A stretch of 63,663 bases of DNA, filler included, from Octopus bimaculoides (GCF_001194135.2; 9 parts of 7 records of this genome joined end to end with filler, not necessarily neighbours in it); one strand, 5' to 3'; shown: positions 14,056-28,892, numbered from the whole stretch's first letter. A program made the numbers and translations. Notes: generated by a model from the sequence alone, not told the origin.

Positions 14056-15672
14056 AGGAAATATTTTCAATTCATCAGCAGAATTTTTTTTTTTTTCATA
14101 GAAAGAAACAATTAATAATTGTCAGACAGAATAGAACATCATTTTAAACAATATAAACATCATAAGGATAATAGCAACAATAATGATCACTCACACACAT
14201 ATGCACACACTAACACACACACACATACTGTCACAAACACCAATACTAACAGGCCTATGCTTTAAGCACAGCACATAAATGAATGGAGAATCCTGAATTA
14301 AGAACCAGGTAAAGCGTTTGCAGTCTTTGTTTTGCTGGGGTTACCTAAAACAGACGGCTCCTATATATCTATGATCAAGCAGAGAAAACGTCTGCCAAAA
14401 AGAACTATTGAATAAGTAGATGTGCATCCAAAGGAAATGGCATTACAGTCTCTTGATAACAGCATCTGCAACATTCTCACATACACACATTGTTTACCAA
14501 AACAGTTTCGAATGCAGATCAGACCCTATTGTTCATAACTGTACTATCAAATAAACAAAGTATTTCCTGGAACATTGTATTACGAAAACAAGTGCCAAGT
14601 GTTCTTGTGGTCAGAGCTATTAGCGAGGAACGAAGAAAATGAAAAATAATTCCCATATGCCTTGTCAAATCTACAGGCGATTTCCTTGCGCAATCAAAGG
14701 AGTAATTGGAAGGAGCCCTAGCAATTACAAAGGATCCAATTACTTTCATTGGGAGAAACAGGTCATATAGAATGATATCCTTTCCTTTACAGTCAAGTTT
14801 AGAAAGGAATGGCAGAGTGGAGAGGTGTAGACAATCTCACCCTAATAAATTTGGAAAAAGGTGTGCGAATGTAGTGAGAATGACCAGAATGAGTGGACGT
14901 ACATATGTCTCTAAGCTGAAAACTACAGAAGAGAGCCAATTACTTGCCACGATACTCCAGGTGAGTAGAGTAACATAGCATCTATTGTATTCCTTGGTCG
15001 CTCCTGGGTAGTTTTTTAACCTATTGGTGAATTTTGTGGTTATAATTTTTTGGCTGTTATCCTTTTATTATTTACAGGTATTTATGTAAATACCCATTTA
15101 TGTAAATACCCATTGTCTTTGTAGTGACCGAAATGGTTGTTTTGCGCATGGCTTGGAAAGGAAAAGAGAGGAAGGTGAGAGAGGGAAATGCTGCTTGCCA
15201 ATAAATTTGTAAAAAGGTAGCTGACAGGGTAAATGGACCTAGTCTAAGCAAGCAGCGGCAGATTGGAGAACAACAGTTCGGCGAGGGACTATGACACTCG
15301 TGGTCAAAGTGAACCTGGACCTCTAGGCTTTTTTCAATGACCCTAATTGGAAGTTTTTCGGTATTAGAAGTACTGCATCAGTTACATGCTCCCACTCAAT
15401 TCACCTTTCTTTCTCGCTATCGTTTATGTAAAATAACAAACAATTTTTAAACAATCCTCCTAATGTCTCTCTTACCTGACGCCCCTGTGGAAAATAAAAG
15501 TTGGATGTTGAATGTCTCCCACGATAAATAACAACCAAGTATCAAAGCTTATAGTGTGCGGAAAGAGACTCTGTGAGACCTCTGAGAGCAGGCTGCTGTC
15601 CGCTCTTATCAGAATCTACTGGAGCAAACAAGACCAAACATTCTGGGAAGTAAAACGATATTAATAATCTTT

Positions 15673-15880
15673 TCTACTATAGGCACAAGGCCTGAAATTT
15701 GGCGGGAGGGGAGTAGTCAATTACATCAACCCCAGTGTTTTACGGGTACTTAATTTATCGACTATGAAAAGATGAAAGTAAAGTCGACCTCGATATAATT
15801 TGAACTCAGAACGTATCGACGGACGAAATACCGCTAAGCATTTTCCCCATCAGATTAACGATTCTGCCACCTCGCTGCGT
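15673..15880 (-). mobile_element. SINE family A copy
   Basis: Reverse complement of family A (gatgaaagtaaagtcgacctcg...tttgaactcagaacgt...ttaacgattctgcca); further 3' fragments at about 15945-16140. Confidence 0.85.
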
Positions 15881-15881
15881 A

Positions 15882-15944
<63 letters not shown>

Positions 15945-18900
15945 CCTTTCCGCTAAAGGCACAAGGCTTGAAATTTGGGGGGAGGGGACTAGTCGATTAT
16001 ATCGACTTTAGTGCTTCAATAATCATAACAATAATAATAGTAATAATAATAATTTTTTCTCGTATAGCTACAAGGCTTGAAATTTTGCAGGAGGGTGTTA
16101 GTTAATTACATCGATCCTTAGTCCTTCCGATATCGATGTACTAAAGTACCAATCAAGTAGTAAAGTCGACACATTTGAATATACTCATCTTATTTTGAGG
16201 CCTTGTGTCAAGATAAAATTTATTATTACTATCATTATCTTTATTTTAATTTTTCATAATAGCAAGGTTCTACGTAACAAAATGATTTCACTTGCATCTT
16301 CCTTACCAAGACTAAAGATCATCCATAATGTTGTCAATACCTTTTTAATCATTATTATCAATATTGTTATATGAAATTACTAAAACAAAAATTGACTTAA
16401 CAAAGTTGTATATCAGTTTGTGTAATTCAGTCTTGTTTTAAACAGACAACAATGAATTTGGAGGAGCCCCAACGATGCCACAGCCTTTAGACTAAAACAC
16501 GCAAAACACGCAGGAGTAATAAGATTTGTGTAATATTAAATATTTTGTGTATTAAACATAGTTTCACACACACCACACACACACACATATACATATATTC
16601 ATACATGTATAACTTTAGATGATACTGATGTGTGTGTGAGTGTGTGCGTCCGTTTGTATGTATGCGTGGGTGAAGAGAGAAGTATACATATGTATATATA
16701 TACTATATATATATATATATATATATCTATATATCTATCTANNNNNNNNNNNNNNNNNNNNNNNNNNNNNNNNNNNNNNNNNNNNNNNNNNNNNNNNNNN
16801 NNNNNNNNNNNNNNNNNNNNNNNNNNNNNNNNNNNNNNNNNNNNNNNNNNNNNNNNNNNNNNNNNNNNNNNNNNNNNNNNNNNNNNNNNNNNNNNNNNNN
16901 NNNNNNNNNNNNNNNNNNNNNNNNNNNNNNNNNNNNNNNNNNNNNNNNNNNNNNNNNNNNNNNNNNNNNNNNNNNNNNNNNNNNNNNNNNNNNNNNNNNN
17001 NNNNNNNNNNNNNNNNNNNNNNNNNNNNNNNNNNNNNNNNNNNNNNNNNNNNNNNNNNNNNNNNNNNNNNNNNNNNNNNNNNNNNNNNNNNNNNNNNNNN
17101 NNNNNNNNNNNNNNNNNNNNNNNNNNNNNNNNNNNNNNNNNNNNNNNNNNNNNNNNNNNNNNNNNNNNNNNNNNNNNNNNNNNNNNNNNNNNNNNNNNNN
17201 NATAAGCACATATATGTCCATAAATAGTGGGTGGAGCATATTCTACGAATATGTAAATAATCTGTTCATCATGCTATTAATCTCAACTAATATCCAAAGT
17301 GCTGTTGCTAATCTCAACTCTACAATCTCAGCACTATTCAATGAAACAATGTTACTTCTGATCAAATGTATATTAGACACCATAATTATGATTATTACTG
17401 ACAATTTTAGCAGATGTCAGTTGTGGTACATTTAACAAACAAAATATTTATTATGCAAAAGTTACACATGTAGTGATAATTACAATTTTAGCAAGTATTC
17501 TCCAATTAGCGTCAGCATTTTAGGAAGAATTCCTGAAAAAACAACATTGTAGTAATCGACAAGTTACTAAGTGTAATATAAGTATGGTTTCGGAAAAAAA
17601 AATCACTAAAATATTTATTGTCGCCTATAACTGCCTGGTAAATTAGCTGATGATCGTGACTCTACCTAAACTTTAAATTGCGTCTGCAATATTCATGGAA
17701 ATGGAAAAAATATATACAGTTCGCTACTAAATTCTATAGCAAAATGTGATCCGATGAAGAGTAAGCAACTAAGAAGGTTTAAAAATATGTATGGAACTGG
17801 AATGCAAAGCTTAGACGCGAGTGACATCAAATCTTCAGAATCAGGTATAGTTTATGAGGTTTACCAGGGTTTAATATAGGCTACCTCTAATTATGGTCTA
17901 TGTTAACAATATGCTCCTCTCGTTCCCAGTACTCTAAAATGAAAGTGACATCAAAATACTTGTTAAAAGTCTAAAGAATTAACTAATGTATATTTTATAA
18001 AAGCATAATTATCAATCTAGCCAGTATCTACAACTGTCAGTGCCACAGTCAGAGCTCACATTCCTCTGAACAACAGGCACAAAAAAATCAATACATCTTG
18101 ATCATTAAAATAAGGAACAAATATTGCTTAATTTACTCAATCTTGTTACTATTAATATCACAACCTAATAATTTATTATAAATATTACAAATATTAAAAA
18201 GAGCACCGTAAAGTGATAATTTTAGATGCGAACAGATAGATGATATAATTTTAATCAGTTCGGCCATAGTTAATAAAATCATCACAGCTCTAGAATAATG
18301 GCAAAATACCTGTGAAAACACAAATCATATTTTCTTCGCTCTAATACTACACCTAAATTTTGGTATACTAGTAATTGAAAATGCAAACCAATCGAATAAA
18401 GTTCACCAAAAATCTATAGAAAATGGCAATAAGTATGGCATTCAAAAATAGTCACTCTGAAGTACTAATAAACAAATGTGACATTTTAACTAAGAGTGAA
18501 TTTTTTAAGTGTCTATACCACTTTATTTATATATGAGTTCAAAGTTAATAAGTTACCAAAATTCCAAATTTTTATTAACTGTTTACTTTATTTTTTAGAT
18601 GCGTAAACCAATAATGAAAGGCAAATATATATTTAAACATTTTAAAATGTTTTGCACAAATATAAGGTAAATATTCCTGAAATATTACATATTTTATTAA
18701 CAACCATCTGAAACTGCATTTATCATCCCAGAATAGTCTATTTTGTAATTAAAAATTCACAACATTTTTGGAAGCGCAAACCACATTTTTCTTGACAGGT
18801 CAAATCAAACTTTTAGTGACTTATTCACTCTAGAAAGTTACACTGTAAATGGTTTTCGCAAAGCCATTCCGCATTCGTATTTTGTAACTTGTTTCATATT

Positions 18901-19697
18901 TTGTGTGCTGATGTTAAAACAGAAATCGAGATTTTATCACGAACGTCTTTTTATATGGGATTCTTTAGAGAAAGCAATTTTTATAATTTTTACAATTCAT
19001 AAGCTCACTGATTAATTCTTCTTGACTTAATTCGGCACTGATTAATTCTGCAATGAACAACCTACGATTAAACGGCAAAAATCTCTAAAATATTGAAACG
19101 CATATTGCATAGTTACTCTTCCAAATGCACCCACATATACATACTCACTCATATATATATATATATATATATGCACCAGCATGACCGCAGCCACTTGGCT
19201 GAAACACATAAATAAATAAATATATGAACTTTCATTCTTTTATTGATTTCAGTCAATGACCCTCGTTCATGCTGGGACACCGTTTTCTTTTTATCTGATA
19301 TATATGAATTTTTTTAATAGTCTATCATTTTCCCTAATTGTGTTGAAGTTTTAGGCTGTAAGTTAGTCTATAGGTTAGTTATTAGAAGCTGATCTTCCTT
19401 GTGTGTAACCTTATATAGTTGGCTAGTCCTGAATTTTAGGGAGAGGTGCATTCACTGATTTCTTGAATGTTTCTGACTTCTTAAGCTAGGTAGTTGAACA
19501 ACCGGGGGTCTATTATTATCAGATTTTTGCAGTATAGTGTACTTGGTGGTGATTTTTAGGGTGACACACGGAGAAGCTGATAGTATCTACCAGTTCTTGC
19601 ATTAAAACTTCCTCCATACATAAATAACAATATCTCTCTCAGCGTCTTTAAAGTAAGTAGAGATGAAGTGCTGTTTGTTTGTCTATTTGTCTGTCTT

Positions 19698-19780
<83 letters not shown>

Positions 19781-19880
19781 NNNNNNNNNNNNNNNNNNNN
19801 NNNNNNNNNNNNNNNNNNNNNNNNTTAATTAATTAANNNNNNNNNNNNNNNNNNNNNNNNNNNNNNNNNNNNNNNNNNNN
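19781..19880. other. Artificial 100-bp scaffold linker (44N-TTAATTAATTAA-44N); also at 25657, 28378, 34554, 48044, 55179, 60050 and 61931
   Basis: Eight occurrences with identical geometry; the 12-mer is a palindrome carrying TAA stops in all six frames. Confidence 0.97.
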
Positions 19881-20191
19881 AAGAAAATGGAGGGGAATAT
19901 GAGGAACTCATGAACTTGCAGACACTATCCAAAAGGATAATAAAGACAATATACAGACACTTATGACATACTATGTCATATCAACAATTGTCTGCAAGTT
20001 GATGAGTACCTCATATTCCCCTCCATTTTCTTATTGCTATATAAATTTAAAGTAAAAACCCCCTTTTAACCGCACCCACTTATTGCACTTGGTATAACAC
20101 TAGTGTAGCAATAATTGGGTGCCCTCCCAACAGTATATTGGATAGATATTATCCCTTAGTGGGTTGGATTCTCAACCCTTAACTCTCTTGG

Positions 20192-20233
<42 letters not shown>

Positions 20234-21221
20234 CACAGAGAGAAGTAGATCCTCATATAGCAAACGTTTCGTTTTTATTCTAGAAATATATTATACTTAG
20301 ATCTAAATGTCATTTATTAGAATTATATTGATATGAAGGTTTAGAAAGAAATTCATTTTCAAATAAATTTGGATTTTATTAATCTTGTTTTGAGCAATGG
20401 ATTTTATTACTATATTTGAAAACATATAAATCGCATTGCTGCTGGGGTGCATTCCTGCTTAATTTGCAGGAAACGAGTCATTGATTATTTTATTTCAAAT
20501 CTATTGACATGAACATAATTCAGAAAATCCGATCATCATATATGGAAATACGACACCAAAAAAAAAAAAATTTAGAAATGGAATATGAAAATGAAAAAAT
20601 CGTATTTTAAATGTATTCCTATGAGATAACATTTTCATTCAATTATTTTTATATCCAGAATGTATACAAATTGACGAAACTCCACGAAATTTATTTTCAT
20701 GAAAAAGGAATGTTATATAGTTTAACTGGTGACATAAATAAATAACACACATGCAGAATAGGATAGAATTAATCATTTACATAAGGTCTTATAGGAAGGG
20801 AAATATGAGATATAAGAGATTTTTTAGACAGAAAATTCATTCGATTTTGTATTTTAGCTTTTTATACATACTTACAAACACGCACACTATCACATACACA
20901 CAATCAGATATACACATGCACACACGCACAGCGCCACATACATAAACACACACATAGATATACACATATATCCACCAATCATTATTAATATACGTACATC
21001 ATTGGAAGACAAATATTCTGCCGCATCCAGCCAGAGATAACATCCCTCACGGTTCTGCTCTGTTTGAAAGCACAATATTTGTCGGAAGGAGGCGAAATCT
21101 GATCATCACCGACAGCCACGTATGCCAACTTCTCTCTCGTTGGTGTGCACTAACAGTCAACGTCATGCTTACACGCGACTTCTCACCACAGTTCAATCAC
21201 TCACTCACCCCAACTTTCTTT

Positions 21222-21260
<39 letters not shown>

Positions 21261-21435
21261 CTCNNNNNNNNNNNNNNNNNNNNNNNNNNNNNNNNNNNNN
21301 NNNNNNNNNNNNNNNNNNNNNNNNNNNNNNNNNNNNNNNNNNNNNNNNNNNNNNNNNNNNNNNNNNNNNNNNNNNNNNNNNNNNNNNNNNNNNNNNNNNN
21401 NNNNNNNNNNNNNNNNNNNNNNNNNNNNNNNTCTC

Positions 21436-21470
<35 letters not shown>

Positions 21471-21476
21471 GTATAT

Positions 21477-22780
21477 ATACGGGGTGAGTGAAAATTAAGT
21501 AGGCATTAGAAATTGGTAATAAAATCCAAATCCCTTTTACAAATTTATTGAAACAAATGATATATGGGAAAATGAAAGTAAAAATGAAAGTAAATCTTCG
21601 TTTTTCAGCGTATGGACAGTAGGCGTCAACCAGTTTCCACAAACGGCCAAGGATGGAATGAACAACATTTTGAAGGACGTCATCTGGGATATCATTGAGA
21701 AACTTCTGAATCCGTATTTCCAAGTCCTACAGTGTACGAGGTTTTGTCTTGTACCCCTCCTCTTTTGTGTAACTCCACAAGCAAAAATCACTTGGAGCGA
21801 AATCTGGACATTTTGGGGCCATTCATGAGGTCTCGTCGTCTTATCCAAAATCTGGGAAAACGTTGGTCTTACCACGTACGCACAGTAAGAGCAAAATAGG
21901 GTTGTACACCATCCTGCATGAATATCAAGTCACCAATGTTATCCTAGGCAGGCACTGTGGACCAAATGTAATTTTCGAGTATCTGAAGATAGCAGACCGT
22001 ATTCATGGTGTCACGCAGAAGATATGGGTCAACGACTTTTGTTGCCGTCATTTCACACCACACGGTCACTTTTAGTCGAGTTTCCAACCTCTCAACCGTC
22101 ATCTTCGGATCCTTACCATACGGCGCCCAATAATGATAGTTGTGATGAATGATGAAACCGCCAACATGGAATACAGCCTCGTCACTCCAGAATAGGTTTT
22201 CAAATAATTCAGGCCAGTCTTCATGCAAACCTAGCATCAACACGCCATATTCCATTCTACGGTCACAGTCTTCAGGTTGTATAGATCCTGTACGTATTGG
22301 GATTGTCACTGGAAAAATTCAATTCTTTATGCAAACCGGTACGTATTGTGTGTCTTGTTAGTCCACTTTCACGAGCTGCTTGACATGTTGATTACTGCGG
22401 GCTGTGATTAAATATTTCCTGCACGATTGCCACTTTCTCCACTGATCGGGATGTGATTGTAATTTTTGCATCTTTCACAGACAGCCTGGTCATCAGCTTT
22501 GCATGACAACTTTTAATTGTCTCCGGACGTAGTGCTGCTTGCTTACCTTTCCATACACACCATTATCTCTGAACAAACCACACATCATAACGTGCTCCTA
22601 TCATAGCTCGCTCCTGAGCAGTCAAACGACCGGTCATCTGTGAAATAAGAAAGAAGAAATAAGCCAATGAGAAAATAAAAATTCCCCATTAGTGTTGTCT
22701 GTTTAAAAAATGTTTTCGTCATGACTTGAGTGATACTAAAATTTCTATAAGCAATTTCTACTGACTAGTTATTTCCACCC
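21477..22780 (-). mobile_element. Tc1/mariner transposon (rosa/DD41D-like), decayed
   Basis: HTH remnant QAARESGLTRHTIR, WSDEAVFHVGG, KVTVWC, a PHEWP..CPDFAPSDF-like block. Ends tacGGGGTGAGTG... and ...TTTCCACCC look like degenerate TIRs; the right end abuts a gap. Subfamily inferred from motif style. Confidence 0.8.
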
Positions 22781-24219
22781 NNNNNNNNNNNNNNNNNNNN
22801 NNNNNNNNNNNNNNNNNNNNNNNNNNNNNNNNNNNNNNNNNNNNNNNNNNNNNNNNNNNNNNNNNNNNNNNNNNNNNNNNNNNNNNNNNNNNNNNNNNNN
22901 NNNNNNNNNNNNNNNNNNNNNNNNNNNNNNNNNNNNNNNNNNNNNNNNNNNNNNNNNNNNNNNNNNNNNNNNNNNNNNNNNNNNNNNNNNNNNNNNNNNN
23001 NNNNNNNNNNNNNNNNNNNNNNNNNNNNNNNNNNNNNNNNNNNNNNNNNNNNNNNNNNNNNNNNNNNNNNNNNNNNNNNNNNNNNNNNNNNNNNNNNNNN
23101 NNNNNNNNNNNNNNNNNNNNNNNNNNNNNNNNNNNNNNNNNNNNNNNNNNNNNNNNNNNNNNNNNNNNNNNNNNNNNNNNNNNNNNNNNNNNNNNNNNNN
23201 NNNNNNNNNNNNNNNNNNNNNNNNNNNNNNNNNNNNNNNNNNNNNNNNNNNNNNNNNNNNNNNNNNNNNNNNNNNNNNNNNNNNNNNNNNNNNNNNNNNN
23301 NNNNNNNNNNNNNNNNNNNNNNNNNNNNNNNNNNNNNNNNNNNNNNNNNNNNNNNNNNNNNNNNNNNNNNNNNNNNNNNNNNNNNNNNNNNNNNNNNNNN
23401 NNNNNNNNNNNNNNNNNNNNNNNNNNNNNNNNNNNNNNNNNNNNNNNNNNNNNNNNNNNNNNNNNNNNNNNNNNNNNNNNNNNNNNNNNNNNNNNNNNNN
23501 NNNNNNNNNNNNNNNNNNNNNNNNNNNNNNNNNNNNNNNNNNNNNNNNNNNNNNNNNNNNNNNNNNNNNNNNNNNNNNNNNNNNNNNNNNNNNNNNNNNN
23601 NNNNNNNNNNNNNNNNNNNNNNNNNNNNNNNNNNNNNNNNNNNNNNNNNNNNNNNNNNNNNNNATATATATATATATATATATATACACATACACCCATG
23701 CATACATACATATATGTGCATACATATATATACACGAGCATGTATACACATACACACACATACACATATATATGTATACATATGGACACATACACGCATA
23801 TATATACACACATTTGTACGTATATACACACGATGGTCGTGTGGTGATTGATATTAAAGCAGTGCTATATGTCTAGGAAAATGATGCTTATATTAGTTAC
23901 TAAGATATTAAATGATTGACAATTAATAAAGGTAATGGGTGGTCTATTAAGCTACAGAGATAGATTATGTCAAGTTAGATGGACATGAAAGGGGCAGGAA
24001 GAAGGGGTTAAAGGAGTAAAAATTACTTGTAAAGACTAAGATAATATTATTACCAAAGTTTACTTCGATAATCACGTTCTATATCTGTTGGTGCAAGGGT
24101 TTTCCAAGAGATAAAATAGAATGTTATATTGTTCAGTAATCCTAGTTCATTTGTTTACGTTCACTGTAAGATGAATCCAAAACATATAAATATCCTCTTC
24201 TCTCTGTGCTATATGACGT

Positions 24220-24252
<33 letters not shown>

Positions 24253-25853
24253 NNNNNNNNNNNNNNNNNNNNNNNNNNNNNNNNNNNNNNNNNNNNNNNN
24301 NNNNNNNNNNNNNNNNNNNNNNNNNNNNNNNNNNNNNNNNNNNNNNNNNNNNNNNNNNNNNNNNNNNNNNNNNNNNNNNNNNNNNNNNNNNNNNNNNNNN
24401 NNNNNNNNNNNNNNNNNNNNNNNNNNNNNNNNNNNNNNNNNNNNNNNNNNNNNNNNNNAAAGCAGCAGAAATATAACAAAAAACCGTTACTCTGAGTTTC
24501 ACGTTCCCTTTCATCGGACAGTTTTGTTAGAAATGGAGAAAGGATAACAATGCAATCGAAAGTAATATAAAATTTAAAACACATGGATTCGTTTGATTGG
24601 TTGTTTCAAATAACGGTCATGGATTGGTCGATTCAATTAACGGTCATAAATCCGTAATGCACAGACCAAATAAATTTAATACAGATTCATCTTATTAAAA
24701 AAATATCGAAGAAAACCATAAATAGAAAAATGGGCTCAAAATACATATTGCAAATAATTAATTATATACGAATTAACGGATTAAAATCAAAACGATAAAA
24801 TAAAGTATACGCTGCATTCAGGATAAAATAAAATAGAATTAAATTAAATTAAAATTACAATATCCTGTATGTTTACAAGGCTATCCACAACATATATATA
24901 TCTATATATAAATATATACATCGAAATACACAGCTGCATACGCACAAACAATCTACGTATATACGCCTATATTTACAAGGCACAGATATATACACAAGTA
25001 CAAATCTACACACATATACGCACACACGCATTTAATTTTGCGCGTGAAAAACCTATGCACTGGTAACGAAAATTTATCTTTAGCTATGGAGTGGAGGGGT
25101 AAAGAGTAACGTATCTATAATAACGTTAAATATGGGAAAGAGGGGTGGGGGAATGTAGTTGTCATAAAAAAGGAAAAGAAGAAAGAAAATAAAGAAAGAA
25201 AGAGAAAAAAAGAAAGATGGCAAAGGAAGAAAAGAGAGGAGAAAAAGGCTGGGGATAGGAAGGAAGAGAGAGAAAATAAGCAAGAACATATAGTAAACGT
25301 GCATAACAATTTAGATTGCGCATATATGCGTATACAAAAATGTATATAGCATCACGTATATAGATACATATGTTGATATGTACGCAAATACATACGATCA
25401 TAACCTTATACATGCGTATGCACACATACAAGTATATGTGAGTGTGAACCTAATCGCACATACGCATATATAATAATATAGATGCATGTATGTATAAATA
25501 AATATAAGCATATACTCTTACCATGTATACACAAAAAAATATACGCACGAAATCATAACAGCATATGCATAAGTGCGAACCCAGGCCCTATATGTAAGCG
25601 CAGGTACATGCATATGAATACGTAAGTGCTGTAACTATACAGACATCTACATAAAANNNNNNNNNNNNNNNNNNNNNNNNNNNNNNNNNNNNNNNNNNNN
25701 TTAATTAATTAANNNNNNNNNNNNNNNNNNNNNNNNNNNNNNNNNNNNNNNNNNNNAAGCAATCTAAAAAGTGATTACTTATTTGCAGTTATCTCCTCCT
25801 ACAGATTGATGAAGACACTTTTGAATCTACCTACCCTCCACCACACACGCACG

Positions 25854-25910
<57 letters not shown>

Positions 25911-26382
25911 GCACACACTGTTCCGTTATTGGAGGGATCAACGAAAAGTAAGTCTGTACGGTGTTAATGAACGCTTTGCTGAAGAAACACTAGAATTGCT
26001 TCTACCACCACCACAACTACTACTGCTACTATTGATATTTAAAGATAAATATCGTTTAATATATACAAGATTTAGATTCGAGTTTTTGTCAGTTTCATGC
26101 CTCTGAAAAAACGATGGTCGATCGAGTGAGCCTTGTATTTCCAAGCCCGAATGTTGGCCTGCTCACCTAGCCAGTAAGTTAAAACGATGCACAGTTTATT
26201 GTGACTTCCAATGTATAACTTACGATAGTCTGGTCAATGCCTTGATATGACGTCATAAGAACTTATAGACGTCGTGACAACGTGAAATAAATCATTTTTG
26301 GGACGGCGTATCTTGAAACATATAAAACTATAAGTAACAGAGTTTTAATATTTGGTTAAAAATTCCTTTTGGTAAAGAAAAA

Positions 26383-26557
26383 TGCTTAGCGGTATCTTTT
26401 TTGTTTCCTTGTTCTGAGTTCAAATTTCGCCGAGGTGGACTTTGCCTTTCACCATTTCGGGGTCGATAGAACAGGTACCAGTTGAGTAGCAAGACCGATG
26501 TAATCGACTTTCCCTCTCCCCTGAAATTGCTGGCCTTGTGCCAAAATTTGAAATCAT
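26383..26557 (+). mobile_element. SINE family A copy, 5'-truncated
   Basis: ttctgagttcaaatttcgccgaggtggactttgcctttcacc...gatgtaatcgac...ccttgtgccaaaatttgaaa. Confidence 0.82.
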
Positions 26558-28477
26558 TATTTTATCTTTCTCACTCTTTCACCCGTTGACACACAGAGAA
26601 ACTTTCTGTCTTTATTTATCTGTGTGCGAGTCTCTGTGTGTGTGAGAGAGGGAGAGAGACAGACAGACAGACAGTGTGTGTATTAAAAGTACTTATATGT
26701 AAATGTGTGTTAGGTCGGTGCCCACGTTGCGTTGGATACGAACGCACCTGAACGTGTATATACGTGTATAAGTGTATGTAAGAGTGAAACGGAGAGAGAA
26801 AGAAAGAGTGAAAGAAGGAAAGAAAGAGTGAAAGAAGGAAAGAAAGAGTGAAAGAAAAAGAGTAAAGAAAGAAAAGAAGGAAGGAAGAAAGAGTGAAAGA
26901 AAGAGCGAATTAAAGAAAGGGTGAATTAAAGAAAGAGTGAAAGGAAGAAAGAAGGAAAGAAATAGTGAAAAAAAGAAAGAGTGAAAGAGAGAAAGAAAAG
27001 AAGGAAGGAAGAAAGTGTTTGTATCTTTTAGTATTTATGTCTACATAAATGCGTCAAGTTTGAATCGGTTTTTTTTTGGAAATCTATTAAATGCAAGCTT
27101 AATATGTCAGTGGAACTCTCTATTTAAAGATAGGATTCAATCTACAGTCTATACGGTGTTAATGAATGCTTTGCTGAAGAAACACTACAATTGCTTTTAC
27201 CAACACCACCACTACCACCACAACAACTACTACTACTGGTGCTTAAACACAAACTTATCTATTTTGTCTTTTTGTGTTTTTTTTTATATCGTATACGGAA
27301 AAATACGTAACAATAGAAACATTAGACAGTGCTGCATCATAGAGATCGTTTAAAAAACAACCGGAAGTAACATTTCAAAAACAGACACTGAACGGATACT
27401 CGTTGATCTATGACTCCATTTTACATAAGAGAAATATACGTCTAAAACTAGACAGGAATTCGCTTTGGAGAATTTAGTAGCTCCGGCATCTTGCTTTTTC
27501 TATTCTATCTTATTTCAGCATTTAAAGCTATGAGGAAAACATTTTCGTCTAAACGCATGTCAGGTTCAGGGGATTTTTTTTTTTTTTCGTTTCCTTTTTT
27601 CTTACTTCACTTTTTGTTGTTGTTGTTGCAGTTTGTGGTTTCTTTTTCTGTTTTTTTTTATTGCTTCAATTGGTAAATTCGGTTACTTTCAACGGAAGAA
27701 AGCCACCACATGTCTCTGCTTATGAATACATTACATATTAATACATTTTACATTTCTTCAGCACTGCTAATTCTGTAGTAGTAGTAGTAGTAGTAACTGT
27801 TGAGCGTATTACTGTCATGTTTTGTACCCGGTTGATTAAACCTATGATCGAGAGGATCGCTCCGGTTTTGACATTCCTTTAATTAATATATATATATATA
27901 TATATATATATTCCTTTATTTTTTTATGTGCTTCGGTCATATGACTGCGACCATGCTAGAGCACCAGCTAGAAGGGTTTTAGCCGAACAAATCGATCCCA
28001 GGACTTATCTTTTTTATAAAGCTTAGTCCTTATCCTATCGGTTTCTTTCGCCGAACAGCTAAGTCCTCTTTTCCCCCCATAGCCACAACAAGGCACACAT
28101 CAGGCATTCCATTGACTTCTTTGAGGTGGGAAATGAATGGCAAGCCCGGTGTGTGTCTTGTTGTGGCTATGGGGAATTTAGGCCCTGGTATGGAAAGTAT
28201 AATTTGTAATCTTCGAAACATATGTTGGAAATAAAAGTATGCAGTTAACATATGCGTTTTACTCCATTCACTAAATTTATATATATATATATATAAACTT
28301 AGCTATTTGGCCGGGGACGTACAGACAACACCACTTATGCATATAAGTGTGTGTGTGTGTGTATGTGTACAAAATCTNNNNNNNNNNNNNNNNNNNNNNN
28401 NNNNNNNNNNNNNNNNNNNNNTTAATTAATTAANNNNNNNNNNNNNNNNNNNNNNNNNNNNNNNNNNNNNNNNNNNN

Positions 28478-28521
<44 letters not shown>

Positions 28522-28892
28522 CATAGTTTTGTTTCTGGATACAACCTTCTAAAAAGCGTTGTAACAGTTACAGGGTACTAGAATATTCTAAAACAGTTAC
28601 AAATATTCTTATGATATCCATAAAAAAATAAATATTCTGAATATATTTTGATGAAAGAATTCTGATATTAAATAGCATCAGTTTGCCCCGGCCAACACCC
28701 CTCTGTTCACTTATTCAATCACACACAGAAGTACGCCAATATGCACATATGTACGTATAAATATATTTCAATCTTCTGTATTATATATCTCATTTCACAG
28801 AACTCAACTTGTAATTACACTTTCGTTGTCTACATATACACATATACATACATCAATGTATATGTATATACATAAATACATACATATATATA

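Noticed and set aside
14290-15000. ORFs 14519-14749 and 14706-14978
   Set aside because: Complex sequence, perhaps an old retroelement, but no recognisable motif or splice-consistent frame.
19825-19836. TTAATTAATTAA as a homeodomain or PacI-type site
   Set aside because: Always centred in 100-bp N spacers; assembly artefact.
24483-24520. Minus-strand CCGATGAAAGGGAACGTGAAACTC, hammerhead-like
   Set aside because: Core has U4C and stem II does not pair; at best a dead remnant.
27355-27375. AACCGGAAGTAA ETS-like motif
   Set aside because: A single short motif with no associated gene start.
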